A DNA stretch of 64,000 nucleotides, taken from assembly GCA_951406725.2 (NCBI GenBank), contig OX597821.1, positions 14,384,001-14,448,000 of the forward strand, given 5' to 3'. Of this stretch, positions 15,030 through 32,202 are shown in pieces (positions within the stretch are counted from its first letter, which is position 1; every line of letters starts with the position of its first letter). This DNA comes from Octopus vulgaris (Eukaryota). The notes beneath the pieces were generated by a model. It searched no databases and was not told the origin of the DNA. It saw nothing but the letters and a program-made list of their open reading frames with translations. Position numbers and translations under genes: made by a program.

Positions 15030-15381
15030 GTTTTATGACCCCTTCAGTCATGACTGACCATGGGATTGCATCTAGAAAGTTACCCTCCCAGGCACAAGTC
15101 CAGGCAAGGTTGTTTATGGAAGACCAGCAGTCGCCCATGCATACCAGCCTCCCCTCTCCATGCCACCAGTGTTATCCAAGGGAAAGGTAAAGGGGCCGAT
15201 ACAGCTTGGCACCTGTGACGTCACAACTCATTTCTACAGCTGAGTGAACTGGCGCAACGTGAAATAAAGTGTCTTGCTCAAGAACACAACATGCAGCATC
15301 CGGGATTGAAACACAACATCCGGGATTGAAACTCACAATCTCACGATCATAAGCTTGACGCTCTAACTACCGAGCCATGCG

Positions 15382-15385
<4 letters not shown>
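15030..15385 (-). mobile_element. tRNA-headed SINE family E
   Basis: Minus-strand head GGCGCATGGCTCGGTAG...GAGTTTCAATCCC followed by CTTGAGCAAGACACTT. Confidence 0.65.
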
Positions 15386-15421
<36 letters not shown>

Positions 15422-15481
15422 TCAATAAATATATCTGTATATATGTATGTCCATGTGTGTATATATATATATAAATATATC

Positions 15482-15586
15482 CGTGAGGTATACTTGCCAT
15501 CTCAATATGGCTAACCACTAAGGGTGGGTGTTACTGTAGCTTGTAACCCCAGGATAACATCGTCTCGTTCAGAGATTTATTATTGC
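15482..15586. mobile_element. Minimal insertion of the same family (inverted arm plus tail), 12-bp TSD
   Basis: GCCATCTCAATATGGCT...CCCCAGG followed by CAGAGATTTATTATTG. TSD TATAAATATATC at 15470-15481 and 15587-15598. Confidence 0.72.
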
Positions 15587-16470
15587 TATAAATATATCTT
15601 TGCATACTTAACTGGGTTTATTGAATTACACAAGAATAATTGATACACAGAAGTTCAAACTATGTACCCTTTGATATATATGCTATTTAACACCTTCACA
15701 GATGACAACAATGCACTTTAACTAAACTATACACACATACATCAGCAATCACATACCCCAATCCCTTTTCTCTTCCTCTTTCTTCTCTCTCCTCTTTGTT
15801 TCTCTCTTGATTTTATCCTCTCTCTTCTCACCCGCATTCCTCTTCTCTCACACTCAATCACTCTCACTCTCTTTCTCCACTTAATCTCATTATGACTTAG
15901 ATTGTGTTTTCTCAGTCAGTTCAACTAACTCACTATTCAACTTCCTTTTTACATCAAGCCAGCAATGTAAACAGATGTTATAAATCTGGTTTCATTCCTA
16001 ATTCCTATTCTCCTCCATTTTTTTCAAATCACTTACCTTTCTTTGATTAAGGGTATTATCTGAAACATTAGATCCCCTTTTATTTTTTACTAGGGGAATT
16101 AATTACGTTTTACACAGTTATTGTTTGTTCAAATTTTCTATGCTTTTTCTCCATGTATTTTACATATCCAACTTCATAAATTACTTATTTTCTTGTCTTG
16201 GCTTTTTTGTAACCATCCTTTGTAGGGATATCAACTAATATCCTTACACTTGCACAGAACAAATCACTTCCATTTAGGGATTGACCTTACATACATTAAA
16301 CTATCTAGTAACTTGTTTGGAGTCACTGTGTGGTAAGAAGTTTGCATTCCAACCACGTGGTTCTGGGTTCAGTCCCACTGAGTGGCACCTTGGGCAAGTA
16401 TCTTCTACTATAGCCTCAGGCCAACCAAAGCTTTGTGAGTGGATTTGGTAGACAGAAACTGAAAGCTTGT

Positions 16471-16512
<42 letters not shown>

Positions 16513-16745
16513 TGTGTTTGTCCCCCCACCATCGCTTGACACCATGCTGTACCTGTAAGTTGACCAGGGTCAACTTACAGGTGTATAGCATGGAAGATAG
16601 GTTTATATGTACCAGTAAATAATGTAGCAAATACGTGACTGAGCAGACATCAAATACACACTCACATCTATGTACGAGCAGACACACTGACACACACATA
16701 CACTCATACAAACACATATATATACTTGTTTGTGCAAATATTATG

Positions 16746-17130
16746 TGGAAGCACTCCGTCGGTTATGACGATGAGGGTTCTGGTTGATCCGAATCAATGG
16801 AACATCCTGCTCGTGAAATTAACGTGTAAGTGGCTGAGCACTCCACAGACACGTGTACCCTTAATGTAGTTCTTGGGGATTTTCAGCGTGACACAGAGAG
16901 TGACAAGGCTGGCTTTTTGAAATACAGGTACAACAGAAACAGGAAGTAAGAGTGAGAGAAAGTTGTGGTGAAAGAGTACAGCAGGGATCACCACCATCCC
17001 CTGCCGGAGCCTCGTGGAGCTTTAGGTGTTTTCGCTCAATAAACACTCACAACACCCGGTCTGAGAATCGAAACCGCGATCCTACGACCGCGAGTCCGCT
17101 GCCCTAACCACTGGGCCATTGCGCCTCCAC
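16746..17130 (-). mobile_element. tRNA-derived SINE family C with a 12-bp TSD
   Basis: Head GTGGAGGCGCAATGGCCCAGTGG...GTTTCGATTC. TSD GCAAATATTATG at 16734-16745 and 17131-17142. Confidence 0.9.
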
Positions 17131-17185
17131 GCAAATATTATGCGATGGTACTAAATCAATAAACCAGAGTTAAATATCAGAATTG

Positions 17186-18955
17186 TTTCAAATTTTGGTA
17201 CAAGGCCAGCAATTTCGGAGGGGAAGGAGTAAGGTGATTATATCGATTCTAGTGTTCAACTGGTACTTATTTTATTGGTCCTGGTAAAGTCGACCTCAGT
17301 GAAATTTGAACTCAGAATGTAAAGATGGATGAAATACCATTAAGCATCTTGTTTGACATGCTAACAATTCTGCTAGCTCACCCAAGAGTTAAACATAATA
17401 ATCCTTTCTACTATAGGCACAAGGCCTGAAATTTTTTGTAGGGGAGGGCATAAATCAATTACCTTGACCCTGGTACATAGCTGTTAGTACTTTTATCCAC
17501 CCTGGAGGGATGAAAGGCAAAGTTGACCTTGACGGAATTTGAACTCAAAACATACGAAATGCTGTTAAGCATTTTACCTATTTCTTTACTACCCACAAGG
17601 GGCTAAATACAGAGAGGACAAACAAGGACAGACAAACGGGTTAAGTCGATAATTCGACCCCAGTGCATAACTGGTACTTAATTTATCGACCCCGAAAGGA
17701 TGAAAGGCAAAGTCGACCTCAGCAGAATTTGAACTACCGATTCTGCCAGCTCGCCGCCTTTAGCATTTACCTGTTAAGCATTTTACCTGCCATGCTAATG
17801 ATTCTGCCAGCTCACTGCCTTTAGAGTTAAATATAATAATAACAACAGTGGAAGCGACTTTTTTTAACAGGTGCAAGCATGGCTGTGTGCTGGGTAGTTT
17901 GCTTGCAGACCACATGGTTTCAGGTTCAGGTCCAGAACATGCACTTTGAGCAAGTGCCTTCTACTATAGTCCTAGGCCAACCAAATCCTTGTAAATGGAT
18001 TTGGTAAGTGACAAAATGCAAACTGAAAGAAGTTCACCACATATGTGTGCGTGTGTGCATATATGTGTTATTTGGGAGTGAGTGTATGTGTTGTGCGTGT
18101 GTGTGTGTGTATGTGTGTGTGAGTGAGTGTATGTGAGTCTTTGTTTATGTGTGTGCAAATGAATCTTACCATCATGAAAGTAGTATCCTTTGTTTCCAAG
18201 CTTCTTTTGTCTTTTGGCCTTTAGGGGAGTGTAGAGGGCACCAGTTCATGCAACAGGTCCAAAACCACTGAAGACAATTACAGTGGTTCTGAACCAGGCA
18301 ATATGGTATTTTTACCACCTTCCAAGAGAATGAAGGGATCTCTTTCATAACTGCTACCCAGACCCATACAACATATGTACATGCAACATATGTGTTAGCT
18401 AGCAGTATGTGGTTCAGTTTAAGGCAGCAAATTGGCAGAATCGTTAGCACATCAGGCAAAATGCTTAGCAGAATTTTGTCCATATTGAAGGTGGTGAGCA
18501 TCTGCCGTTATGTTCTGAGTTCAAATTCCGCCAAGGTCAACTTTGCCTTTCATCCTTTCAGGGTCGATAAATTAAGTACCAGTTACACACTGGTGTCAAT
18601 GTAATCGACTTAATCCTTTTGTCTGTCCTTGTTCAAATTCCGCCGAGGTCAACTTTGCCTTTCATCCTTTCAGGGTCGATAAATTAAGTACCAGTTACAC
18701 ACTGGTGTCAATGTAATCGACTTAATCCTTTTGTTTGTCCTTTTTTGTCCCCTCTATGTTTAGCCCCTTGTAGGTAATAAAGAAATAAGAATTTTGTCCA
18801 TATTCCTGTTCTGAGTTCAAATTCTACCAAGGTTGATTTCACCTTTTATTCTTTCGGGGTCAATAAAATTAGTAACAGTTGAGTATTGGGGTTGATGTAA
18901 TTGATTTATTCCATCCTCCTGAAATTGCTGGCTTTGTGCCAAAATTTGAAATCAG
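17186..18955. mobile_element. Cluster of nested SINE B copies (- at 17186-17820, + at 18422-18955 with a ~120-bp internal duplication)
   Basis: Repeated GAAAGGCAAAGTCGACC / GGTCAACTTTGCCTTTC cores. Confidence 0.75.
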
Positions 18956-19197
18956 TATATGGCTCTACTCTCTCTCTTTTACTCTTTTACTTGTTTCAGT
19001 TATTTGACTGTAGCCATGCTGGAGCACCGCCTTTTAGTCGAGCAAATCGACCTCAGGATTTATTCTTTGTAAGCTTAGTACTTATTCTACTGGTCTCTTT
19101 TGCTGAATGACTAAGTTACGGGGATGTAAACACACCAGCATTTGTTTTCAAGTGATGTTGGGGGAACAAACACAGACACATAAACAAATACATGCAC

Positions 19198-19232
<35 letters not shown>

Positions 19233-19263
19233 TATATGCATATATATATATATATATATATAT

Positions 19264-22293
<3,030 letters not shown>

Positions 22294-23835
22294 TGGAAAA
22301 CTGAAGGAAGGTAAAATATGCCCCATTCATAAAGGAGGTAGCAGAGCGGAAGCCAAGAACTATAGACCTATCTCTCTGACCTCACACATCAGCAAGGTCA
22401 TGGAACGAATAGTCAGAAGGAAGCTGATCACCTTCCTTGAAGAGAATGACTTGCTGCCCGACACCCAACATGGTTTCCGACCAGGGAGAAGCTGTTTAAC
22501 TCAGCTCCTACAACACTATGACTGGGTGCTGAAACGGCTGCTCAACCACTCAAATGTGGAAGTGATATATCTCGACTTTGCAAAGGCCTTTGATAAAGTC
22601 GATCATGGAATGATATGTCACAAACTGCGTGATCTCAACATAGTTGGAAAACTGGGAGAATGGCTTCATGACTTTCTGAAGGATAGAAGTCAGGTGGTAG
22701 TAGCCAATGGGGCCACCTCCATTAACACACAAATAGTGAGCGGTGTTCCGCAGGGCACTGTTCTGGGACCACTACTGTTCATAATGGCCCTCTCAGACAT
22801 GCCCTCAGCCACGCAGAGAGCCACGATCACAAGTTATGCAGATGATACAAAAGTTTCACAGGCAATACAGAACCCTGAGGACACTAAACACCTGCAATGT
22901 GAGCTGGACGAAATATACAAGTGGGCTGAAAAGAATAGCATGCAGTTCAATGCTGGAAAGTTTCAAGCTTTATACTATCAGCATGCAAAACTGAATGCAA
23001 TACCCAATGAATACACTGGACCCGGAGGGATTGCAATCCCAGAGGCACAATCAGTGCGTGACCTGGGTATTCACATGAGTGATGACGCGACCTTTCATGT
23101 ACATGTTGCTAAACTGACAATGAAATGTAGACGGCTGGCTTGATGGATTCTTAGAACCTTTAGAACAAGAGAACAAGAAACCATGATGGTCCTCTGGAAG
23201 ACACTTGTCCTAAGCCACTTTGACTATTGCTCTCAGCTATGGTCACCATCCAGTGTCAAGTTGATCACAGAACTTGAGGCGATCCAACGAAGCTACACAA
23301 AGAAGATAGCCTCTATGCAGAATGTAAGCTACTGGGAAAGACTCAAGAGATTAAAATTATATTCCCTGGAGCGTAGGCGGGAAAGATATGCCATAATATA
23401 CATCTGGAAGATCCTGGAGGGAAGTGTCCTGAACTTTGGCATCGAGAGTTATGCAAATGCCAGAACTGGGCGCCACTGCGTGGTGCCTAGGACTCCAAAC
23501 CTGCCATCAAGATGTAGGACAAGATTCTGTGATAGCCTGGGCTTCCGAGGCCCACAGCTCTTCAATATCCTCCCAAAGAACCTGAGAGACCTGCATGGGG
23601 TGGATACAGATGTCTTTAAAATGAAGCTGGATCTCTTCCTGTCAGGTGTCCCAGATGAACCAACTTCACAGCAGGAGGGGCAGATGAGGGCAGCTGCATC
23701 GAACTCTCTCATGCACCAAATAGCAGTTGCTAGAAAGCCTCCATGAAGTGAAACCAAGTAGCGACACCAAATGGCGGTGCCCCAGCATGGCCACAGTTCA
23801 TAAGCTGAAACTAGAATCAATCAATCAATCAATCA
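22294..23835 (+). mobile_element. 5'-truncated CR1/L2-group LINE, RT domain, one in-frame stop, (TCAA)n tail
   Basis: Motifs [40 protein letters not shown] and YSLERRR. ORFs 22400-23143 and 23183-23746 are in the same frame, separated by a TGA. Confidence 0.92.
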
Positions 23836-24604
23836 TATATAATCAAAATAAGCAACAAGGATATCCAAAGATAATGCAGTACGATTTCATGTGACTCCAT
23901 TTAATTAAACAATGCAAGTATTACATCAGTTTTAAAATGTAGAGTATATTTATATATACATACATATATATGACGGGCTTCTTTAAGTTTCTGGCTACCA
24001 AATCCACTCACAAGGCTTTGGTCAGCCCAAGGCTATAGTAGAAGACACTTGCCCAAGGTGCCACACAGTGGGACTGAACCCGGAACCATGTGGTTCATAA
24101 GCAAGCTGCTTACCACACAGCCTAAACCTGTTCTGTTGATTTACAATTTAACAAATGTAGACAAATCCCACACACACATGTACAGATCACACAGTGGGAC
24201 TGAACATGGGTCTACGTAGTAGCAAATTGAACTTCTAAACCATTTGGCTAGATTGGGCATGTATATCATCATCATCTAATGTCCACTTTTTCATGCTTGA
24301 TTGGAATAAACGGAATTTGTTGAAGCAGAATTTTATCCAGTTGGATGCACTCCCTGTCACAAACCCTCATCTGTTAAACAGATATGATCTCCATGGAAGA
24401 TTGAAAATGAATAACATTGCTTGTATGATTGGTGATACTCATTTAAAAATCATCACATTATATCAGGAAAATGGTATACACACACATACACATTATACAT
24501 ATTGCGCACACACACATACATACACACACACAAATATATACTATCCATCCATCTTTCAATCAATCTATCTATATAATATATATATGTATATATATATATA
24601 CATA

Positions 24605-25076
24605 CTAGCAGTATCGCCCGGCGTTGCTCGGGTTTGTAAGGGAAATAACTATACAAGCATTTTTAGAGAGTTACTTCCCTTATATAAACTGAGCAAAAAA
24701 TGCATTAAAAATCCGAAAAAATGATGGTAAATTTTTTTTTAAATCGTAGACTCATCGTAGATGCGTGCTAATACCCAGAAGGGCTCGATATCAATCACGA
24801 CTATAAGATACCCGCTTTTGGTTGAACTGCACCGCAAAATGTGGGAGTAGTTAGGAATCTAAATCGTAGGAGACAGACAGCACACAACCTCACTTTTATA
24901 CATAATGAATATCATAACCTTCTGCATGGGTTTTCATGCTGATTTATCATTTTCAGAATATTTGATGCTCATAATACTTTAAAACTTTTCTTAGACTTGA
25001 GCATACAGATAACTAGTGCTATAAGTGTTTCGTCTGATATACAACTCTCACACAACTTCAGTTTTATATATAAAGA
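24605..25076 (-). mobile_element. Non-autonomous Helitron carrying a 140-bp insert
   Basis: Minus strand runs 5'-TC(TTTATATATAAAA)...hairpin CCCGAGCAACGCCGGG...CTAG-3', inserted between A and T with no TSD. Confidence 0.75.
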
Positions 25077-26279
25077 TATATATATATCATCATCATCATC
25101 GTCATCTCATCATTTAATGCCTGTTTTCCATGTTGGCATGGGTTGGACAGTTTGACAGGAGCTGACTAGCTGAAGGGCTGTTCAAGCTCCATGTCTGTTT
25201 TGGTATGATTTCTATGGCTGGATGCACTTCCTAATGCCAATGCCCTTCCTACATTACATATATATGTCTATATATGTATGAATTCATTTTTGACCCTCTG
25301 CGTGTGTATGTGTGCCTTTTATTAGTATTACTATTATACATTAAGTTCTATTTGAATATTAGTTCACCACCCTGAATCAAGTTAATAATATCGATCCTAA
25401 TAAACCACAAACGTGCACACAGATATAAACATAAACACATTGGTTAATAAATTTACATGAGGGCGCTTGAAACTATATTCACCCTCTGCTTTTCTCCTGA
25501 ATGAGGGGAAGGGAGATAAGTGTAAACTAAAACAGGTTCCAGAATGAATACAAAAATTATTAAAAAAAAAATTTAGTTTAAAACATAGATTTATATATCA
25601 AAATAAACATTAAAATAATCTTTCTTGTGTATGTGTGTTGTGTGCATGTATCTATCTAGCTGTCTATCTGTTTGTCCGTCTATCTATCTATTTACACATA
25701 CACACTCACATACACACACACACACACACACGTATATATATCCTTTTCCATCTGTGCTGGAATAACAGCATCTTTCCAACTATTTAAGACAGTCTTAAAG
25801 GTAAACTGTGTCAGTTTCAGGATGGTCTCAATAAGCTGGTAGTCTATGCTACCTATACCTTGGAGGAAACACAAACTCTGAAAGCAGTAGAGATGGCAAA
25901 CCACCTCTTTTTTGCAGAACTGTCATCGTCATCATCATCATTATTGTTTAACGTTTACGATCCATGTTGGCATGGGTGGGGAATATCATTAATCACTGTT
26001 GAAACAATAAGAGAATGGTAACTCTAAATACAAATCTATAATGAAGGTTTATAATGAAGGTTTCCCTAGTGAATTCAAGCTGACTAAGAGAGTTGAAACT
26101 AATTTAAGCTGACAGAGGATAAAGGGTACACTTCAGATCACTCAGACAATCTCCTTGGTCTGAGGTGCACAATATAATGTGGTTTACAATAGGCAGGTCA
26201 TCAAGCTGTAAAAAAATCATGTCAAAAACATGACAATCAAATCAATAAAAAAACCTTACTTGTGTATACAGGGCTAACA

Positions 26280-29170
26280 CTTACCATGTTAGTGCTGTGC
26301 ACGGTAGTGTAGAGGACAGGTGGAAACATTTGGCCATGTGTGAGAACCCTTTCGTCCGTCATCAACTGATAGCACCAACTCTCTTTCTTTCAGATGCAGA
26401 ATATAGACACCAAACAACCAAAATACCACAAGAAACTTTCCTCTCCATGAAGGGTGCAAAAACTTCAGGGCTTCCACCATCAACACTGGCATGACAGAAG
26501 ATAAGTCTGGATAGATTGTAGAGATGCTAGAGCAAAGATGTGTGTAGATGTGTGCTGTGAACAAGTGGTAAGATGGAATGCAACCTCAGTCAAACTCTCC
26601 ACAGGCAAGGAACACAGGTAGAAAATTTTCTGGGTGGATAACAGTACCTGAGTGGATGACTAGGCATATTGTTGGCAGAAAATGGATAAGGGAAACTGAG
26701 GTAGTCAGAGTATGTGGCAAATTAGTTACAAACAACATGACAATATCAGTGATTTCAGATTATGTACCACTTTCAGAACTGAGCGATGAATAAAAGGATC
26801 ATTTCTGGGAGATCATCTTGTAGACTACCTTCATAACAGACTACACCAATCTCATTATTGATAGTGCTGACTTCATTGAAGATGTTGAGCAACACCATGA
26901 TAGCTATTCTGATGCCTGTGAAGGCTACGATGCACAGAATGAAGAGGAAGCAAGGCATTTGAAGTTCTGAGATATTTGCAACACTAACTTCAGAAAACCA
27001 GCCATCAACCAGGTCACCTACAACTCAGGTTAACATGTACCCCAGATGGACTTCATACAAAACAGGAAATGGGATAGAAAGATGGTTGTGAATACTAGGT
27101 ATTTCATGTATGACTCAACATAGGCTAGGAGTGAGTAAGATTAGTGTAAGATCCCCAGAGATCCAGAAGCAATCTAGATCAAAAAGATATGGGATCTGAA
27201 ATATTCCTCAGCCAAATGTAGGTTCAAAGTTGTAAGTGATACATATGTTGTGCAGAGGGAGGGAAGAGTTAGAGATCTATAACATAGAGGGCAACCAGGT
27301 GTTTCTATGACCCAACCTGCTGCAAGCTGCAGACCAGATCTCTACACGGAGTAAGATTACAGCCAGACAAAGGTAATAAAGTGGAATAATGAGGCAGATG
27401 GAGCCAGAGTATCTCAGAGCCAGACCTGGAAAGAATGGAAGAAAGACAGGAACAAAGAGTATTATCAGATAGGTAGACGAGATGTTAGATGACAATTTTG
27501 CTTAGCAAGGAGAGAAAAATTAAGTAAAGCTCTACCCAAATACTATTCAAGGGGGCTTTAGGGAGACAGCATTTCTACCTCAAGAAGAACTAACAGTGGG
27601 ACCACTACTGAAATTGCAAGCTATATGATTGAAAGCATGATTAAGGATATTAAGAGAGGTGAAGGGAAAGCAGCCGGTGAAGACGTGGGCTAGTTACTCA
27701 CATAGCAAATCAAATAGTACAGGAAAATGTGATACCCAATAGTTGGTGTTGTACTATCATCATCAGTTGTAACAGGGACATAAGAGATGCTCAACCATCA
27801 AGCAGTTATAGATCATCAAACTGATAAAGTAATAGAAAGCGTTATAGTACAACATTTTAAGAAGAAATTTAATTCAGATAAGATGCTGTCTGGGTTTGTA
27901 TTAGATGGTCCAGTGTTGATTCTCTCTTAATGAGACAACTTTGGAAGAAAATCTAAGCAAAGAGCAACATATATCTATATATAAAGACCTAGTATTCACT
28001 TATCTGGTGAAGGTTTTTGTCAGAGTGACAGGGTACCACACTCTGTAGTTTGATAGTTGCTAATGAAAGTAAATACACATAAATGGCTTGTGAGAGCCAT
28101 GCAAGCCATGTATAGAAATGCTGTCGTCAGGGTGAAAGAGTTAGCAACAAGTTCAATTTGGAATTTAGTGTGTAGGTAGGTGTCAATCAAGTTTCCATTT
28201 TCAACACAAATTCCTTTTTTAAAAACATTTCCAGCCCATAACATTGCAAGTTTAAAACTGGTTGTCCCTGTGAACTTCTGCATGATGATGACCTGGTCCC
28301 CAGAGCTGGATCTGTTGAAGAATTATAGAAGACATTCCAAAATTTGGAAGCAAAGCCTAGAATCAAGAAGTCTTTAAGAAAACCGAGCAGAGACAAAAGT
28401 TTTAGTTCACATGAAAAGAGGATAGGACTCAGATGCCACCAAGGAAGTGGCCATGCTCGATATGCAGAAGGAGGAAGAGGTAAGAATGTCAGAGAGCATA
28501 CCCAATGTAAAATATGGGGTGCACATGAGATGCAGTAGGAATATAGACATGCTGACAGAGAAGAAGGATCTTGCATGTAGCAGATGCACATGAGAGATTA
28601 GCAGTAAGAGCTCCCATAAAATAAATTCTTTTTAAATATTCAGAGGATTCTAGTTGATAACTTTTGTTACCCAGTTGGTAGAGGAAAAGAGTGTTCTGAT
28701 GGTACAGTAGCCAGACTAAAAATAAAAGTGGGATTCTCTCTGTGAGCAAAGGGCAAATTGTGTAATGCATGTGGAAGAAATAGAATGTTGAATGAAAGTG
28801 AAGCTTGGGCACTGAATGCAGATAGAGAAACGAGACAAGTTTGCTCTGCTGATTGTGTGTAATGTTGGTGTGTATGAATGAGGGAGAATGAATTAATTGA
28901 GAGAAAAAACAAACAGGTACAGTAGGAATCAAGACTGAGCCGGTACAGATATGTAATACACATGGTCGATAAGAGATGAGTAAAGAAGTACTAAGCAATT
29001 CAAGCTCGAAGAACCAAAGAGGAAGACCAAGGAAGGCAAGAAAGGAATTGGTGGAAGATGGTCTCAGGGAGGCTGAATCGCATGACAGAGTACCACAAGT
29101 GGTAAGGCACTATGCAGGAAAAGGCCGAGACAATCTGTGTCAGCAGTAAAAACAGACATAAAACGATAAT
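26280..29170 (+). mobile_element. Heavily decayed RTE-like LINE
   Basis: AP-endonuclease-like remnants (IVEMLEQRCV.., ISVISDYVP) and RT-region remnants broken by many stops and frameshifts. Confidence 0.6.
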
Positions 29171-30799
29171 TATGATGAGCACACACAACCACATTCATAC
29201 CATATTTGCAAGCATATAAGATACACTTTCACATATGATGCACCCTTATTTTACAAGTATATTTTATGGCAAAGCAAAGATAGAAAGTGCCATCCTACAC
29301 TTACTGAAAAATATTTTAAAGTGGTTTTATAAGGAAAAGTGTGATTGTGTTTATGTAAATAAAGAGAATCATATACTGTGACAGTATACTAGAATAGAAT
29401 ATGAAACCTCAAATTTATCATAAATTTAGTACTATATTTGAACTTTATCTTCCTTCAGAAGATTTTGTATTTATTTTGGCCAAGAAAATTGCCAGACAGG
29501 ATGTAAAACTTGTATTTTTGGTTATGATGTTTTGTGTTACTGCATTCAGCATCCAGGATGGTGCTACATTGCTATGGTTTTGTTGTCATCCACTCATTGA
29601 CAGGAAAATGAAAGTTTAAAATTCCTTTCATCTTTGTAGGAGAGTTTTCGTTCCGGTAATTAAAAATGTTTCTTAAAAGTAACATGGTTATTAAATGATG
29701 TAAGACATATATCAGTTGTGCATTATGTATGCTGGGGAAGTGGGTATAATGAGATGATGTGACCTCTCTACAAAACCGAACAAGCAATGTGATATTCCAG
29801 CTTGTTTTCAATACTTAATATTTATAACTAGTATTGTGTCTAGTAGACTTAGACTTATGTTAATTCAGCCCTCTAGCCTACAACACTTGGTCTCCCATTC
29901 GTAATATAGCTGCCTTACATGCAGGGCAATTTTTTGATAGATTTAAAATAAAAATCATTAATGAGAAAGAAATGAACCTCGTTATGTATGCATGTAAAAC
30001 ACTCTTATTTAAAAGCAGATCTATTTGGACCAAAACAGATAACACTTGTGACATATTCAATATTCCATTGGGTTTATATGATAGTGTGGATATATGTGAT
30101 CCAGTTGGTTTATATATATTAAACCATCTAAATTCAAAATAACTCACTACAGCATTGAGATAAAATTGAGAATTTAGAAATTTCATTTGACACCACCAAA
30201 TGTCATCATCATCATTTAACATCCATTTTTCATACTGGTATGAAGTGGGCAGTTTGACAGGAAGTAGCAGATCAGAAGACTACACCAAACTCTAGTGTCT
30301 GTTTCATCATAGTTTCTACAGTTGGATACCTTTCCTAATGCCAACCACTTTACAAAGTGTACGTTCTGGGTGCTTCTTACCAAATAATTTACCAGACCCC
30401 TCAACTGAGTGGGGGAGCGTGTATATATATATATATATATATATATACACTGGTAGTGCATTGCTTATCATAACGAGGGTTCCAGTTGATCCAAACAATG
30501 GAAAAAGCTGCTTATGAGATTAGCATGCAAGTGGCTGAGTACTCCACAGACATGTGTACCCTTCACATATTTCTCAGGGAGATTCAGTATGACACAGAGT
30601 GTGCTAAGGCTGACCTTTTGAAATACATGTACTACTCATTTTTGCCAGCTGAGTGGACTGGAGTAATGTGAAATAAAGTGTCTTGCTCAAGGATACAACT
30701 TGGTGCTGGGAATCAAACTCTCAACCTTATGATTGTGAGCCAAACAACCTAACCACTAAGCCATGCACCTTCACGTATATATATAGCTTCATGGCATAT

Positions 30800-31845
30800 T
30801 ATAATAATAATAATAATGAAATTATTGTATACAGTGCTTGGGTGCACCACAACTTGTCAGAAAGTGCGTATAAAGTATATGCAGTAATGTACAAATGTTT
30901 GGAAAGCGAACAATGTATGAGTCAGATACATTCTTGTGTGTGTATGGAGGGGAGAAAATCAGGTGTAGTGTTGGCGAATCTCAGAAAGCATGGAAGTTTT
31001 GAAGGATGCAGTGCTCCGACAACTAACAACTGATGCTGGCAGTTTGTTCCATGCTTCAGCAACTCTCAGCGTGAAAAAATGTTTCCAAAAGTCATGGGAG
31101 CTGTGCTGTTTTCTGACTTTGTAAATATGTCCACGGGTGTTAGACAGGTGGAGTTTGAAAAGGTGCTCAGAGTTAATGTTTGTAAGATGGTTAATAATTT
31201 AATAATTTTATGGGTGTCTGCCAGATGTCGGAGTTTCAATGTGTCCATGCCCAGGGAAGTAACGCGTTCAGAATATGGCAAATGCCTGATGGAGGGTATT
31301 CTTTTGGTTGCACGTCACTGAACAGCTTCCAGACGATTAATATCCTGGGCAAGATAGGGGTTCCAAACCGGTGATGCAAATTCCAGGTGAGGTCTTACCA
31401 TAGCTATATAAAGCCGCAGATAGATAGCTGGAGAGTGGCTCACAAAGGACTTGGTGAGGGATGCCAAGACACCCTCAGCCTTCTTGGCAATTTTAGCGAT
31501 GTGTTTTGTCCAACACAAATCGCTGTCGACAATAACACCCAGGTCACGTTCACACGAAGACTTTTTGACATTAGAGTTGTGGAGGGAGTAAGTAGACACT
31601 GGGTTTTTCCTCCCAAAATGCACGGTGTTACATTTGTCCACAGCCAGCTTGAGTTGCCAGTCCATGATCCACTTCTGCATTGTGTCCAGGTCTGATTGCA
31701 ATAAAGATCTATAGTGTACAGGATCTGACCTCTTTATTTCGAGGTACAGCTTGATGTCGTCTGCATATTTCAGCACTGTGGCATTCTTTAAGTTGGCATC
31801 TATGTCATTAACATATGCAACAAATAAAAGGGGGCCAAGAACAGA
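30800..31845 (-). mobile_element. CR1-like LINE 3' fragment
   Basis: Motifs LKYADDIKL, ERDLGVIVD and VRPHLEFASPVWNP; (TTA)n tail near 30800. Confidence 0.88.
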
Positions 31846-31953
31846 TCAGATATATATAGATATGAAAATATGCCATAAAGCTAGACCCTTTATGGGTGGG
31901 AAACCTAAGGTAATCCCATAAACTGGGCCTTCCCCATTTATAATATATATATA

Positions 31954-32153
31954 AGGTGCAGGAGTGGCTGTGTGGTAAGTAGCTTGCTAACCAACTACAT
32001 GGTTCCGGGTTCAGTCCCACTGCGTGGCATCTTGGGCAAGTGTCTTCTGCTATAACCCCGGGCCGACCAATGCCTTGTGAGTGATTTGGTGACAGAAACT
32101 AAAAGAAGCCTCGACCAATGCCTTGTGGTGATTTGGTAGACAGAAACTATGTC

Positions 32154-32202
<49 letters not shown>

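Noticed and set aside
16746-17130. Functional tRNA genes in SINE heads
   Set aside because: The cloverleafs are imperfect, fused to repeat bodies and flanked by TSDs.
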